This document shows, one piece after another, positions 41,001 to 42,147 of a stretch of 42,147 bases of DNA. A program made the position numbers and the translations under genes. Below the pieces are notes generated by a model. The model was not told the origin of the DNA and made no database searches. It was given only the letters and a program-made list of their open reading frames with translations. The DNA is taken from the IMG/VR virus record IMGVR_UViG_3300026270_000002; one strand, 5' to 3'. Positions within the stretch are counted from its first letter, which is position 1. Each line of letters begins with the position of its first letter. The stretch comes from a virus.

Positions 41001-41259
41001 TGGTGGTACTGACCAATGGGGTATCAATAGTAGTGGACATTTTTTTCCTCAAAGTAACAATACTTACGATATAGGTACTACAAGTTATAGAGTAAGAAAC
41101 ATCTACACTAATGACCTTAACTTATCTAACGAAGGTTCTTCTAATGACGTTGACGGAACTTGGGGAAGTTATACTATACAAGAAGGAGCAGAAGATCTTT
41201 TCTTGGTGAACAAACGCAATGGTAAAAAATATAAATTTAATTTAACGGAGGTAACATAA
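38035..41259 (+). CDS. Tail fiber 1 (1,074 aa): Ala/Ser/Thr coiled coil, decapeptide-repeat shaft, embedded cupredoxin-like domain, conserved C-terminal domain
   Basis: AELALDTFDDRYLGAKQSDPATDNDGNALIDGALYYNT is a classic phage fiber segment. The xIxNVNxVAx repeats and the C-terminus NLSNEGSSNDVDGTWGSYTIQEGAEDLFLVNKRNGKKYKFNL also fit. Confidence 0.85.
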   Translation: MTINSTTRKTSNLAGNGNTHTYPFAFKVFTDADVVVKKLEVSTSIETTLTLGANNDYIVTLNSDQNGNPGGSITLKSGGNNFNLPSGFQLVITSAVEPLQGTDLTNQGGFYPEVINDALDQAVILHQQQQDELDRSIKFSLTNTIGSLEITENANARKNRVLGFDNLGEFEVLKELGTYRGNWAAGTSYAVRDLVKDTSTNNIFFCNTAHTSQGAQPLTTNTNSANWDLIVDAASSTTAQNNAAASATASANSATAAASSQTAAANSATAAATSETNASNSATTASTKATQADASKTAAQTAQAAAELALDTFDDRYLGAKQSDPATDNDGNALIDGALYYNTTSNITKVYDLGTTSWLVVNITGTDLTNTNTVAGAISNVNTVSSNISNVNAVASNSSNINAVAGNNSNINTVAAANTNVNSVAGSIANVNTVASNISNVNTVAADIAKVVTVANDLNETVSEIETAAADLQETTSEIDTVANAITNVNLVGNNISNINAIGTILAGQTTYAVTVANGVFYIDGAANPTLSIIRGFTYIFDQSNNSNAGHPLAFKDGSGNAYTTGVTVNGTAGQSNANVTFVVPSNAPASMRYYCTQHGNGMGNTITVGDDNIGVVAGDINNVNTVAGSISNVNNVGGSIANVNSVASNLSGVNAFAERYRTDNSGNNPSTNNDGGDLFFNQASGKLLVYNANTSAWEETQSVGNFFINTISSFSGTGGNSATFNGSAYKFTLSNAGQFAQQMLVSVAGVVQKPNTGTGQPSEGFALDGANIVFAAPPPAGADYFIVTIGASVSIGTPSDGTITEAKLNASNNPVNGYFLQAQSGAAGGLTWAAVDLTNLSASNLTSGTLPNARFPATLPAVSGANLTNLPAGNLTGTVADARITSLTASKLTGALPAIDGSNLTGITSTTINNNANNRIITGSGTANTLEGESTLTFDGTNLLFGAGRSLRFTSGGGWSGNSAMKIEGHNNHLYLCGGSSGFIFRDTGGTDQWGINSSGHFFPQSNNTYDIGTTSYRVRNIYTNDLNLSNEGSSNDVDGTWGSYTIQEGAEDLFLVNKRNGKKYKFNLTEVT
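39139..39543 (+). repeat. Array of about 30-nt (10-aa) imperfect tandem repeats in tail fiber 1
   Basis: ISNVNTVSSN / ISNVNAVASN / SSNINAVAGN / NSNINTVAAA / NTNVNSVAGS / IANVNTVASN / ISNVNTVAAD / IAKVVTVAND, then ETVSEIET / ETTSEIDT and two further NV(I)N units. Confidence 0.85.
39871..40005 (+). repeat. Second block of the same decapeptide repeats, downstream of the cupredoxin-like domain
   Basis: GVVAGDINNVNTVAGSISNVNNVGGSIANVNSVASNLSGVNAF. Confidence 0.8.
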
Positions 41260-41696
41260 TGGCTATTGTTTTTCCAGAAGGTACACAAAATTACAGAAAT
41301 AGAATTTTGCAAACACAATTTAATTTTGCTAATAATAATGTTTATAATAACAGCAATACTTTTGCAGAAAGCCAATGCAATGTAGCTATAACTCCTTTAG
41401 AATCAAATAGTACAATTATTATTGAAGTTAATTGTATGCAATGGATAAGTGGTAATGTTTACCATAAACAACAATTAAGATGTACAGGTGGTACTACAAA
41501 TAACGACATAGGTACATACGCTGATGTTTATGGTAGTGGTGTTTCGTACGCTGGCTATTGGCTATACACACATACTTCACACAATACTACTTCAGCCCTT
41601 ACTTATAAAATTTGGTTTACAAGAGGTTATTTTCCTAATAATAGTAATGGTGGTAACTTATCTTGGTTTATGAAAGCAACGGAGTATGCAGCATGA
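41259..41696 (+). CDS. Hypothetical tail-module protein (145 aa)
   Basis: ORF-track entry. Its ATG overlaps the fiber stop (TAATG). Asn/Thr/Tyr-rich and probably beta-rich. No family recognised. Confidence 0.5.
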   Translation: MAIVFPEGTQNYRNRILQTQFNFANNNVYNNSNTFAESQCNVAITPLESNSTIIIEVNCMQWISGNVYHKQQLRCTGGTTNNDIGTYADVYGSGVSYAGYWLYTHTSHNTTSALTYKIWFTRGYFPNNSNGGNLSWFMKATEYAA

Positions 41697-41983
41697 TTAC
41701 TAAACATCAAATTATTTGTGATCTATATAAAGACAAAGGTGTCGAAGTTGTTTACGGAAATGAAGATGGCTCATTTACTGCAACTAAAATTGATGGCACA
41801 GTTGTAGCTATAGATCAAAGTGCAGTAGATACAGAATTTGCTAAACAAGAATATAAAAATAACAGGCAAATGGAGTATCCAGATTGGGGTACACAGTTAG
41901 ACTATATTTACCATAACGGAATTGACAAATGGAAGGCAGATATAGTCGATCCTGTCAAAGCCAAATACCCAAAACCTAACTAA
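41693..41983 (+). CDS. Hypothetical tail-module protein (96 aa), possibly a fiber assembly factor
   Basis: Start chosen at ATG 41693 (an ATGA overlap, with GGAG 9 nt upstream). It lies between the two fiber genes. No family recognised. Confidence 0.5.
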   Translation: MITKHQIICDLYKDKGVEVVYGNEDGSFTATKIDGTVVAIDQSAVDTEFAKQEYKNNRQMEYPDWGTQLDYIYHNGIDKWKADIVDPVKAKYPKPN

Positions 41984-41985
41984 TT

Positions 41986-42147
41986 ATGGGATTAACAAAA
42001 ATTTCTACTGATGGTGTAAAAGATCAAAATGTTGATCTTACTAAATTGCCACATGGCGATAGTAATAATGATGGTAAATTTTTACGAGCTAATAACGGTG
42101 CAGACCCTACATATGAAACTGTTAATACTGATTTAAGTGCTGACAGT
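41986..42147 (+). CDS. Tail fiber 2, 5' part (continues at nt 100 of the window through the terminal overlap)
   Basis: MGLTKISTDGVKDQNVDLTKLPHGDSNNDGKFLRANNGADPTYETVNTDLSADS runs off the window end in the same frame as nt 1 onward. Confidence 0.8.
   Translation, partial: MGLTKISTDGVKDQNVDLTKLPHGDSNNDGKFLRANNGADPTYETVNTDLSADS
42049..42147. repeat. Terminal overlap copy 2 (identical to 1-99)
   Basis: Direct comparison with the window start. Confidence 0.95.

Noticed and set aside
1-42147. Diversity-generating retroelement, looked for because the head genes are BPP-1-like
   Set aside because: There is no reverse transcriptase ORF (no YxDD-type motif seen). I also noticed no template/variable repeat pair near the 3' ends of the fiber genes.
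1-42147. tRNA, tmRNA or attP-like tRNA fragments and mobile elements
   Set aside because: Intergenic space is very limited and none of the gaps shows cloverleaf-compatible stems. I recognised no transposase, integrase or homing-endonuclease ORF.

Overview
This window is one complete, circularly closed phage genome. Nt 1-99 are repeated exactly at 42049-42147, so the unit length is 42,048 bp, and the tail-fiber gene opening at 41986 continues at nt 100. The genome is AT-rich, podovirus-like and mosaic.

Layout:
- Rightward late block (17178 -> 42147 -> wraps -> 2626): GNAT, T7-gp8-type portal, Bbp19-like protein, scaffold, HK97-fold major capsid protein, Bbp16-like cement protein (a BPP-1-type head), gp11/gp12-like adaptor and nozzle, three internal/ejection proteins including a 2,887-aa polyvalent giant, two tail fibers and two small membrane proteins.
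- Leftward early block (14444 -> 5345): ArdC-like, Cro-like, wHTH, YqaJ exonuclease, RecT, DUF1376 initiator-like, DnaC-like loader, Mom-like acyltransferase, RusA and a short SSB.
- Packaging genes: terS (+) converges on a leftward terL-hydroxylase pair.
- Two small accessory cassettes: 2574-4495 (minus strand) and 4543-5253 (plus strand).

I see no DNA polymerase, RNA polymerase, integrase, CI-type repressor, recognisable endolysin, tRNA, CRISPR or reverse transcriptase.

Most noteworthy observations:
1. A strand-specific exact 12-mer, GTGTGACCGTAA, heads each late transcription unit, with a -10-like box at fixed spacing in three of four copies.
2. A self-contained four-gene cassette of exported or membrane proteins of unrecognised family, with paralogous secreted members and a 139-nt out-of-frame overlap.
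3. The giant virion protein carries two ART-like modules and an HExxH module. The second ART-like module sits in a sharply GC-shifted island.
4. A cupredoxin-like domain with a full type-1 copper ligand set is embedded in the repeat shaft of the 1,074-aa tail fiber.
5. Several small genes missed by the ORF track, including a cluster of Lys-rich proteins after the portal gene and a 19-aa AT-hook-like peptide.

All functional calls come from motif recognition by eye. No database search was run.
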